DNA from: Macrostomum lignano
Taxonomy: Eukaryota
NCBI GenBank assembly: GCA_002269645.1
Contig: NIVC01000639.1
Span: forward strand, 346,760 to 410,759
DNA: 64,000 nt
Reading direction: 5' to 3'
How positions within the stretch are numbered: position 1 is the first letter of the stretch; each line of letters opens with the position of its first letter. The notes below the pieces were generated by a model. It was not told the DNA's origin, made no database searches, and saw only the letters and a program-made list of their open reading frames with translations. Below are positions 52,385 to 62,920 of the stretch, one piece after another. The translations under genes and the position numbers were made by a program.

Positions 52385-55300
52385 GGAAGGCAGGCAGATA
52401 GACAGACAGACAGACAGAGACAGACAGACAGACAGAGACAGACAGACAGGCAGACAGACAGGCAGACAGACAGGCAGATAGACAGACAGATAGACAGACA
52501 GACAGGCAGATACAGACAGGCAGACAGACAGACAGACAGACAGACAGGCAGACAGACAGACAGAGAGACAGACAGGCAGACAGGCAGGCAGGCAGGCAGG
52601 CAGACAGAAAAACACTCAGTGTCACAAACCCGGCGGCGGGCTGCACGCTGGCACAGCAGAGCACCACGAAGGCCACGCAGCGGGTCAGATCGTAGGGCAG
52701 CAGCCGCCAGCGCAGCAGGTCCGGGCAGCCGAGGCCCCGCTCGTGCAGCTGGTCGAAGTCCAGCAGGCCGGGGCGCAGCGGCTCCGGGGTTGGCGGCAGC
52801 CGCAGGTCCGGGGCGGCCCGCTTCAGCAGGGCGTGCACCCGGCGCACCCGCTTGTCGCAGAACTGTGCGTAGCCGAGCAGCAGGAACAGGTCCACCCGGC
52901 GGCCGCGCTGCCGCCGCTGCTCCGGCAAGTCCTCGTCCTCCGCCTTCTCTTCCGCGGCTGAGGTTGGCGGCTCCACAACCAGCAGCAGGCGGAGGTTCGG
53001 CCACGGCCGGGCCAGCCAGAGGCCTTCGAACTGGCGGTCGGAGGTGCTGGCCAGCAGGCCGGAGACCAGCTCGTTCAGGCGGTAGTCGGCCAGGGCCCGC
53101 TGGGAGCTGCGAAATGGAAACATATGCACATGGGGTCACTGAGCTGCTGATCAAGGAGGGCAGTCGAAAAGGTGCAAGACGATGAAATTGATGGAGTTGA
53201 TGAGCGAGGTGCAGAGATGATGAAGATCGGTGCGGATGTTCCTTGCCAGTCTGGCGAGTTGAGAGGTGGCATGGCACGGATGTTTGGGGATGGGAACCAA
53301 ATTCAGGCCACATGATTTCGTCGTGATTCCACCCATCTCCGGATGGTCAAGCGCCTGGAACTTCCTCAAGGAAGGCTCGTTATCATCGCATGGCGGCTGG
53401 CGCAGCGTTTTGCGTTACCTGCTGCAGTAGGGGGGGAGGACTCACGACTAAAAGGTCGGGGGTTCGATTCTCGACCCACTCAGAACAATTTGTGTCCTTG
53501 AGCAAGACACTTAACTCTGCATTGCTCTACTCAAGATCTGCTGTTTTACACTTGATGAGATTTGATGAGATCCGGCATTGATAGAAGACTAACCCTTACC
53601 TGAACTCCTCCACGCTCAGTGGCGCGGCCGGCTCCTCGTCACCTGAGGAGCCGCCGACTTCCTCGCCGTCGCCCTCTTCATCCTCGTCGTCGTTGTCATC
53701 TTCGTCCGCCGCGCCGCCGTGTCTGTCGCGACGTCCACCGAAGCCAAGGCCGAAGTCGAGGCCTTCAAAGCTGCCAGCAGCTCCTCCGCCAGCAGCCTCG
53801 ACGCCGCCTTCGGATTCGTTCCGCCGGCGCTGCTGCAGCCTCAGCAGCTGCTTCTCGTCATCGAATCCGTAGCTTGCCGCCGAGCGCGCAGCGGCGTCGG
53901 GATTGTCGAAGCAGTCGAAGCCGGCATCAAATTCGTCCCACTGCTCGGGAGTGGCTGAGGAGGCCTTCACGTTCAGCATGGCGAGCAGCTTGCCGAACAC
54001 CGAGGCTCCGCCGGTGCCCACGATAGCGTCGGCGTCGGAAGCGGCAGAGGCAGCGGCGGTGTCGGCAGTTTCTGCTGCTGCTGCAGCGGCGGTGTCGGCA
54101 GTTGCTGCTGCTGCAGCGCCGCAGTAGTCGGTGTCGACGAGGTCGGGCTGCTCCTTGACGAGCTGATCGACAGCCGCAGGCGAAGGTTTCGACGGCTGCT
54201 GCTCTGGCTGTAGAACTGCATCAAAGGATCAGAGAGCAGTACTGCTTGGATTGATGCGGAGAACTGGGGGGGGGGGTTGAGAAAGCAAAATGGGAATTAG
54301 GACAGACTATGAGGAATTAGAGAATACAAAAAGGGATCTGAAGAAACTACTAGGGGATTTCTGTGACTATAAATGGGGATCAGTGGCTTTAGATGGGGAT
54401 CAGTGGCTACAGATGGGGATCAGTGGCTACAGATGGGGATCAGTGGCTATAGATGGGGATCAGTGGCTATAGATCAGTGGCTATAGATGGGGATCAGTGG
54501 CTATATATGGGGATCAGTGGCTATAGATGGGGATCAGTGGCTACAGATGGGGATCAGTGGCTAAGCGGGCAAGTGAGCAGGGAGATCTCCGGCCACTCAC
54601 TCGGCTCCTCAACTGTCAGCACCTCGTGCCGCTCGGCACGGACATCGACCAGCTCCACGGGCCGGAAGCCGGGCGGCGGCCTGCCGAAGCGCATGCCCAG
54701 CAGGCGCCTGTAGGGCTGCTGCATGAGGAAGGCGCGGCCTTCAAGGAGGCCACCGGATTCGTCCATCAGGCTGTCCAGCTGCCGCATGTAGGCGTCAGAG
54801 ACTACGCAGAGGCCGCGAACGGGCCACCTGGCCTGGTCCATGGTGGCGAAGGTGGCCGGGTCATCCGCCAGGTACTTGCCCCAGGTGGTGGCGCCGCGGG
54901 GCAGCGTCATGGCCGAGCCCACCTGCGGCAGGCGGTCGCAGCCGGAGGCCGGCTCGAACAGCTCGCGGCAGAACTCGAACGAGCAGGTGAGCATGGACAG
55001 GTAGACGGAGCTCGGGTCAGACGACTCGGCAGCGGCCAGCCCGGCCAGAAGGCGGCGGTCCCTGTCCGACGGGCGCTGCCTGGCGAACCTGGCCAGGAAG
55101 CCGGGCTTCGGGCGCACCAGGCCGCGCCGATGCAGCAGCAGGCTGGTGAGGTTCAGCGGCGCCCCGGCCGAGGACGGCGCCGTTGACGGCTCGGACAGTC
55201 GGCGCCGGATGTCCGAGTCGTCCGGACAGCAGGTGAGGGAGCCGAGACTGCGCCGGATGTAGCAGTCGGGGGGCACCGGCTGCACTGCGTTGGGGCCGCG

Positions 55301-55441
55301 CTGCTGCGATGACGGCGAGCGGCGGCGGCGGCGGCGGCGAGGCTGCGGCATCTCCTGAGAGGATGAAGCGTCGCCTGCGGGGGCAGCTGCGGGCTCGGGG
55401 GGCGGCTCAGCTGGCTGCTCTTCGTCCTGGTCTGACGACAT
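48179..55441 (-). CDS. Large multi-C2H2 zinc-finger protein; exons 55441-54601, 54215-53600, 53106-52630, 52203-51939, 51574-51107, 49345-48179
   Basis: Phases chain 1,2,2,0,0 with GT-AG ends. Fingers include CHLCD...HMHYLH, CEACGKEF...HLHNVH, CGLCGHHF...HMAAVH, CEVCKKVF...HRQRVH, CPHCQ...HIKQIH, CPVCQ...HVISQH, CGVCTLSF...HRRASH, CHSCGRIF. The exon 3/4 junction is the least certain. Confidence 0.72.
49632..50976 (+). mobile_element. Mariner (Tc1/mariner, DD34D) transposon, 1345 bp, in intron 5 of the zinc-finger gene
   Basis: Perfect 29-bp TIRs CGAGGTGTATTCAAAAAGTTCTTTTCGGT (49632-49660 / 50948-50976) and a TA duplication on both sides (49630-31, 50977-78), inserted in an (ATCA)n tract. Confidence 0.97.
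49818..50878 (+). CDS. Mariner transposase, ~353 aa if one frameshift at ~50490 is corrected
   Basis: HTH N-terminus, WVPHLL, GDETW, HDNAPAH, YSPDLSPCDF. Adding one G restores VNGDYYKWILQEKLRPAIRKKRPDLLESGVILLHDN. Confidence 0.92.
51615..51910. repeat. 28 bp unit GAGGATCTGGGAGGCTGGCCCAGCAACT
   Basis: Intronic tandem copies. Confidence 0.95.
52260..52605. repeat. (GACA)n microsatellite
   Basis: Intronic. Confidence 0.95.
53435..53535 (+). mobile_element. tRNA-derived SINE fragment
   Basis: B-box GGTTCGATTC at 53461-53470 followed by TGTGTCCTTGAGCAAGACACTTAAC, a central motif typical of many metazoan SINEs. Confidence 0.6.
54365..54562. repeat. 20 bp unit GATGGGGATCAGTGGCTATA
   Basis: In intron 1 of the zinc-finger gene. 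Confidence 0.93.
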
Positions 55442-55464
55442 TGCGCTGCGGGAAGGAGGAGGCG

Positions 55465-55890
55465 GCTAATGACGATTGCAGATAGGCTAATGGTGATTCC
55501 AGATAGGCTAATGGCGATTGAAGATAGACTAATGGCTATTCTAGATAGGCTAATGGTGATTCCAGATAGGCTAATGGTGATTCCAGATAGGCTAATGGCG
55601 ATTGCAGATAGACTAATGGCTATTCTAGATAGGCTAATGGTGATTCCAGATAGGCTAATGGTGATTCCAGATAGGCTAATGGTGATTCCAGATAGGCTAA
55701 TGGTGATTCCAGATAGGCTAATGGTGATTCCAGATAGGCTAATGGTGATTTCAGATAGGCTAATGGTGATTCCAGATAGGCTAATGGTGATTCCAGATAG
55801 GCTAATGGTGATTCCAGATAGGCTAATGGTGATTCCAGATAGGCTAATGGTGATTCCAGATAGGCTAATGGCGATTGCAAATTGGCTAAT
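55465..55890. repeat. 21 bp unit GGCTAATGGTGATTCCAGATA
   Basis: Tandem copies just 5' of the zinc-finger gene acceptor. Confidence 0.95.
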
Positions 55891-56324
55891 GGCGATATTA
55901 AACGGGCTAACACAGATTTTACAAGCATATTTAGCTAATTTGACTTCTATTGAAAGCTACTGAATCTGCTAGACTGGCCATAAAAGCTGGAATTGAGCAT
56001 CCTGAATGAGTAACAAGACTAAATAGAACAAAGACAGCACGGTGGTAGGCAAGGAGCCTAATTAAGAATCCTATTTGTGTTAATAATTATATATATTTAT
56101 TTAGTATGGTTTTCACTGCGTACAATCGAATACACAGTCGTTAATAGCTAAGATGGTAAAGAATTTCCTGTTTTTCTTAAATCTACATTTTTAAGCTACT
56201 AGAAGTAGTCAGGTGGATTATTAGACACTCTTAGCCTACATAAAAGAAACTAAGCGATCTGATACGTTGGAGGGGAACAGTTGGTATCCAGCGCGGTCAT
56301 CCGCACACACTGGGAGCTGGCCAG

Positions 56325-56801
56325 TCAGCCCATCGGCCCCGTCCACTCGCCGGTGTCCCTGGCGTCTTGGCCGTATTTCTGGTGCCAGCGCTCGATGTAC
56401 TCCTTCTTGCGCTGCTCCCGCCTGGCAAAGTAGTCCGGGTACTGCGCCTTCTCCAGCGGGTGCCACAGGTCCAGAAGCGCGTCCGGGTAGTACTGCCAGC
56501 GGCCGAAGGCCACGCCGCCGGGGTCGTTGGGCCAGCGGAAGGGGAAGTAAGACTTCTTGGCCTGCAGCTCCGAGTAGGCGGACTCCAGCAGAGCCTTGGC
56601 CTTGATCGGGTCCTCAACTTCGCGGTTCTCGTCGAAGCGCTGGCGCAGCAGCACGGCGTGGTAGCGGTAGTCCAGGCGCTCGTGGTGCTTGGCCCGCACC
56701 TCGTATAGGGCGGCCTTGTACAGCCGGCACACCTTCTGCGCATGCGACAGGTAGCTGGTGCGCAGGTAGGCTGGGAGCGGCGGACCGGGGAGGGTCGGCA
56801 T
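56325..56801 (-). CDS. NDUFB9: NADH dehydrogenase (ubiquinone) 1 beta subcomplex subunit 9 (complex I B22, LYR family), single exon
   Basis: YLSHAQKVCRLYKAAL...YRYHAVLLRQRFDEN...PGGVAFGR...LDLWHPLEKAQYPDYFARREQRKKEY. Candidate poly(A) signal AATAAA at 56101-56096. Confidence 0.95.
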   Translation of the reverse strand: MPTLPGPPLPAYLRTSYLSHAQKVCRLYKAALYEVRAKHHERLDYRYHAVLLRQRFDENREVEDPIKAKALLESAYSELQAKKSYFPFRWPNDPGGVAFGRWQYYPDALLDLWHPLEKAQYPDYFARREQRKKEYIERWHQKYGQDARDTGEWTGPMG

Positions 56802-56924
56802 GGCTGCTCAGCTGAGTCTACTGCCGATTGCTCTTTCAGCTTGGATAACTGCTAGGGCTGGGATCCGAGTGCGGCAGCCGCTGCTGCTGCTGCAGGTGGA
56901 GAGATGTGGTTGATCTATCAGGTG

Positions 56925-58065
56925 TGGTATGGGGTCTATCAGATTGCAATACGGGATCTATCAGATTGAGGTATGGGATCTTCAGATTGGGGTATGGGAT
57001 CTATAAGATTGCGGTATGGGATCTTCAGATTGGGTATGGGATCTTATGATTGGGGTATGGGATCTTATGATTGGGGTATGGGATATTATGATTGGGGTAT
57101 GGGATCTTATGATTAGGGTATGGGATTTTCAGATTGGGGTATGAGATCTATCAGATTGGGGTATGGGATCTTCAGATTGTGGTATGGGATCTTCAGATTG
57201 GGGTATGGGATCTTCAGATTGAGGTATGGGATCTTCAGATTGGGGTATGGGATCTTTAGATTGGAGTATGGGATCTTCAGATTGAGGTATGGGATCTTCA
57301 GATTGGGGTATGGGATCTTCAGATTGGAGTATGGATCTTCAGATTGGGGTATGGGATCTTAAGATTGGGGTATGGGATCTTCAGATTGAGGTATGGGATC
57401 TTCAGATTGGGGTATGGGATCTTCAGATTGGAGTATGGGATCTTCAGATTGGGGTGTGGGATCTTCAGATTGGGGTATGGGGTCTTCAGATTGGGGTATG
57501 TGATCTTCAGATTGGGGTATGGGATCTTCAGATTGGGGTATGTGATCTACAGATTGGGGTATGAGATCTATCAGATTGGAGTATGGGATCTTCAGATTGG
57601 GGTGTGGGATCTTCAGATTGGGGTATGGGGTCTTCAGATTGGGGTATGGGATCTTCAGATTGAGGTATGGGATCTATCAGATTGGGGTATGGGATCTATC
57701 AGATTGAGGTATGGGATCTATCAGATTGGGGCATGGTATTTATCAGATGGGGTATGGGATCTATTAGATGGGGTATGAGATCTTCAGATTGGGGTATGGG
57801 ATCTTCAGATTGGGGTATGGGATTTTCAGATTGGGGTATGGGATCTTCAGATTGGAGTATGGGATCTTCAGATTGGGGTATGGGATCTATCAGATTGAGG
57901 TATGGGATCTATCAGATTGGGGTATGGTATTTATCAGATGGGGTATGGGATCTATTAGATGGGGTATGGGATTTATCAGATGGGGTATGGGATCTATTAG
58001 ATGGGGTATGGGATCTATTAAATGGGGTATGGGATCTTAAGATTGGGGTATGGTATCTGTCAGAT
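56925..58065. repeat. 21 bp unit GGGTATGGGATCTTCAGATTG
   Basis: Direct tandem copies. Confidence 0.95.
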
Positions 58066-58571
58066 TGGATAAAACAACTGAAGCAATTAGGTAAATAATA
58101 AAAGTGAGCTCAAGCAGTAGGACGAAGCACTGTTAGAATCGACCTATTATTAAATCTATGCATATCAGTGCTAAAATGTACGAGCTAATGTAATCAGTAG
58201 TCTGGCTGGACAAAAATTGAATAAAATTCGCATAGACGTCAGCCAGAACGCGGACAAGACTGGACAATGCCGGGATAGCGCCACAAACTGCCTATGGTAG
58301 AAAACGAGTCGCAGTATCATTATAATAAAAGACACGGGTTGGCTGTAAAGGCGAAACGCCGCAATGAAGCATGGCTGCAGTGGACTAATGGCAGCCGCAC
58401 ATGCTACTCACAGTAATATTAGCAGCATATATGCATAAAACGAGAAATAACAGCGTATAGCAGTTTAACAACAGGATACAATGTTACAGCTCGGCAGGGC
58501 GAACAGGGTAAAACTGATAATAGGTCAATATTGAAGCTCCATCAACTAAAACGTTTTGTGTGGATTCAGCA

Positions 58572-59220
58572 TTCTGGGATCTGGGAGATTTAAATCCCAA
58601 GCTGAGGATCTGGGAGATTTATATCCCAAGCTGAGGATCGGGGAGATCTATATTCCAAGCTGAGGATCTGGGAGATTTATATCCCAAGCTGAGGATCTGG
58701 GAGATTTATATCCCAAGCTGAGGATCGGGGAGATCTATATCCCAAGCTGAGGATCTGGGAGATTTATATCCCAAGTTGAGGATCTGGGAGATCTATATCC
58801 CAAGCTGAGGATCGGGGAGATCTATATTCCAAGCTGAGGATCTGGGAGATTTATATCCCAAGCTGAGGATCTGGGAGATTTATATCCCAAGCTGAGGATC
58901 TGGGAGATTTATATCCCAAGTTGAGGATCTGGGAGATCTATATCCCAAGCTGAGGATCGGGGAGATCTATATTCCAAGCTGAGGATCTGGGAGATTTATA
59001 TCCCAAGCTGAGGATCTGGGAGATTTATATCCCAAGCTGAGGATCTGGGAGATCTATATCCCAAGCTGAGGATCTGGGAGATCTATATCCCAAGCTGAGG
59101 ATCGGAGAGATCTATATCCCAAGCTGAGGATCTGGGAGATCTATATCCCAAGCTGAGGATGCGGAAGATCGATATCCCAAGCTGAGGATGGGGAAGATCT
59201 ATATCCTAAGCTGAGGATCC
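58572..59220. repeat. 29 bp unit CCAAGCTGAGGATCTGGGAGATTTATATC
   Basis: Direct tandem copies. Confidence 0.95.
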
Positions 59221-59290
59221 AAAAAATAATATTTCCAAATGGGATCTCGGATATCTGGTGTCGCCACATCACATTTCTGTTCGACTCAGA

Positions 59291-61057
59291 TCAGCCGTCG
59301 TCGGGCCTCTCCCCGCCGGCCGAGGCCTCGCCGTCCTCGTCCTCATCGGACTGCATCCTGGCCCTGAGCACGGCCTCGAACTCGTTGTAGTGCATCTTCC
59401 GCTTCAGCCGGAACTGCCGCCGGCGCTCTCGCTCAGCGGCGTCCAGCAGCTCGTCCTCGGCGTCCAGGTCGTGCAGGTCGGCCGGGCCGCCGAAGCCGCG
59501 TCGATTCGGCGAGGCAGACTCGCCGCCGCCAGCAGCAGCCACGGCACCGGCATCGCCGTCCTCAGCAGCCGCGGCCTCCTCGAGACGCTCCATCAAAGCG
59601 TCTGGCGACACGGCGTCGGTGAAGCTGGTCCGGCGCTGCTGCGGCTGCTTCGCCGGCTGCTCGGAGGCCGCCGGGCAGCTCCTCGAGTCGGCGTCGCCTT
59701 CGTCGCCGCTGGCAGTCGAAGCCGCGTCGCTGGACAGCGCCGGCTCGTAAGGGGTCGGCGCTTCGTCCACCTGCCGGGGCGGTGATGCACAGATTCATCT
59801 AGATCCCAGATTTACCTAGATCCCATACAGATTCACCTAGATCCCATACAGATTCACCTAGATCCCATACAGATTCACCTAGATCCCATACAGATTCATT
59901 TAGATCCCATACAGATTCACCTAGATCCCATACAGATTCACCAAGATCCCATACAGATTCATCTAGATCCCATACTGATTCACCTAGATCCCATACTGAT
60001 TCACCTAGATCCCATACAGATTCACCTAGATCCCATACTGATTCACCTAGATCCCATACTGTTTCACCTAGATCCCATACTGATTCATCTAGATCTCATA
60101 CAGATTCACCTAGATCCCATACAGATTCACCTAGATCCCATACTGATTCACCTAGATCCCATACAGATTCACCTAGATCCCATACAGATTCACCTAGATC
60201 CCATACAGATTCACCTAGATCCCATACTGATTCATCTAGATCCCATACAGATTCACCTAGATCCCATACAGATTCACCTAGATCCCATACAGATTCACCT
60301 AGATCCCATACTGATTTACCTAGATCCCATACTGATTCATCTAGATCTCATACAGATTCACCTGGATCCCATACAGATTCACCTAGATCCCATACAGATT
60401 CATCTAGATCCCATACTGATTCATCTAGATCCCATACAGATTCACCAAGATCCCATACAGATTCACCTAGATCCCATACAGATTCACCAAGATCCCATAC
60501 AGATTCACCTAGATCCCATACAGATTCACCAAGATCCCATACAGATTCATCTAGTTCCTATAGACCCTCTCAGATCATAATACAGATTCCACCGATTCCC
60601 ATACCCTCTCCCAAATCCCGTAAGAATCCCTCAGATCCGATACAGATTTCCCGGATCCTATAGATTTCCCAGAATCTTAGAACTTCTCAGGCCCTAAAGA
60701 TTGCTCAGATCCCAGACTACACTGATCTTATAGATTCCCCAGATCCCAGTCTACCTTTATCTTATAGACTGCTCAGACCCTATGGAATCTTGTGAATTCC
60801 CAGGCACTACACACGTGACATAAGCCGACGCTCACCTTCATGTGCCCATAGTCCTTATCCGCAGGATGGTAAGTCTTCAAGATGTTCATTTCGTCCCACT
60901 GGAACTCTTTCCTGGCGTCGGTATCATCAGAGTTGCCGATAGCGGCAGCGGAACTGGCAACTTCCTGACTGTCCTCGTGCTCATCAGTGCTGATGGATTT
61001 GCACTTGAGGATGCCCTTCTTTGGCCGGGCATTCAGCGGCGGCGGGCTGTTTGACAT
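59291..61057 (-). CDS. PPP1R2: Protein phosphatase 1 inhibitor-2; exons 61057-60836 and 59770-59291
   Basis: KKGILK (SILK-type), FQWDEMNILKTYHPADKDYGHMK|VDEAPTPY (GSK3 TP site), FRLKRKMHYNE. Phase-0 GT-AG intron. Confidence 0.95.
59790..60560. repeat. 21 bp unit TTCACCTAGATCCCATACAGA in the PPP1R2 intron
   Basis: Direct tandem copies. Confidence 0.95.
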
Positions 61058-62784
61058 CTGACTGATTGACAATGACAGGGGAATGACAGCTGGAATGCCA
61101 GTCAGCAGGGTGACACTGCAGCAATTAGTAAGGAGGATGAAATCAACATCAACTCGCGTAGAGGTAAAGACAAGTGTGGGTTTACACTGTTACTCGTATA
61201 TAATTTCATAATGCTTCACTACCATGAAAACCTGTTTATATACTAAGAATATGATTAATATGCTGTGCTTAATTTCTAATTTTACTTTTAACCTAACCAA
61301 ATTAATCAATCACGAAATGCATGTTTATGCTAGCGATGTGATATTAAAGAGCAAGATTGAGAATAAGAGTGAAATTGTATTGAAATTATCACAATATAAT
61401 CCAAAAGTACAATGTCAGCTCAAATAAGCTATTATACATTGTTGATGCACTAAAATCGTAGTTTGCTTTTTGGTGCCCTAGAGTGATTTTTGCCTTTATG
61501 CCTAACTTTTGATATGCAAGTAAAATATTAATACTTTATTTAAATACAAAACTGATAGGTCTATATTATTTTATTAAACATGTCTATTAGAAATAGCAAT
61601 TTTTTTAATTCCAAACTTTCCACCAAATGTTAAAATTGTAGACCCCAAAATCTTATAAGGCCAAGAAAATGACTGACATTAAATTGGGCAAGATCAAACC
61701 AAAAATAAACAAAAAACCAAGAGTAGGCTAAGGTTGATACTTAACAACTAAGATTATTATAATTTATACTTAAAAATAACCATAGATGCCATGGTTTTCA
61801 AATATTAAAGTCACTAAAATATTAGTACTATGTTAATTACAATTGGCTTGTTTAAAATGTTTGCTAGAAAATTATAAAATTGAAAATCTATATGATAGCT
61901 AAGTAGCATTACATTAGCCTAGCTAAAGATGGGAAGAAACTGAAATTTTTAACCAATTTAATTTGATTTAAATATCTGACAATCAATTCAAATATCAGAT
62001 AATACTAAATATGGTTATATCAGTGAATAATATCTCTTTGGTAGCCTTTAACCAATAGGCCATCATCTTTACTTCTTGTTCAATTAAAATGCATTTACCC
62101 CTCTAAGTTTGTGGGAATTAGCACCTCCACAAATCCATGCTCAACTCGATTCCTAATCTTTCACTTTTCCTTAAAGCTTCAAATCTAAGTACAATTTACA
62201 TGCAACTGCTTTTAAATCACCTCTGCCTTTCCTTAAGACATGCCATGTATTATCATTTCCTTAATTTTCTCTCCATATTTATGAGCCACAAGCTGTCCAA
62301 AACCCCTAGCACTTCACTTTGGTCTTTGACTCTTCAAACTCAAACTTCTCAGCCCTCTACTCTTTCTAAAGCCTTCATAAATCTTAACACAAAATGATTT
62401 ATTGTTATATCTCTAATCTTTTTGCCTTTCCTCAGATCACAACTATCCCTAATTCTTTTCCTTCATTTATAAGCCACAACATCAATACTTTACTCTTAAT
62501 TTGTTTCAAATAATCTTTCCACATCAAAGCAATTATTTGGTATTTCTTGTAGATTGTCAACTTTTTCATTCCAATTTGAACCAAATATTCTAAATATTCA
62601 TCCCATCTCTAAACCTAGCATAGGCCTAACTTTTTTATGGATAAAACAATATCTAAAATACTATAGTTGTTTTTTATTTATAGATTATAAAAACCATATA
62701 ACACTTTTAGAAAGAAGAGAAAGAGAAGAAAAGAAAAAAAGGCAAAAAATCATATACAAAGTGAAAATTAAGTTGCAATTGGGA

Positions 62785-62920
62785 GAACTAAGTTGCAATC
62801 AAGAGGAACTAAGTCATAATCAGGAGGAACTATATCACAATTTGGAGGAACTAAGTCACAATCAGGAGGAACTAAGTCACAATTTGGAGGAACTAAGTTG
62901 CAAATCTGAACAAAACTAAG
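62785..62920. repeat. 21 bp unit GAGGAACTAAGTCACAATCAG, ~6 copies
   Basis: Direct reading within the AT-rich end. Confidence 0.8.

Noticed and set aside
51747-53129. 460-aa continuous ORF
   Set aside because: It reads through a (GACA)n intron; resolved into two zinc-finger gene exons.
53151-53369. Possible extra exon of the zinc-finger gene
   Set aside because: 53600 joins 53106 in phase without it and no clear splice pair was found.
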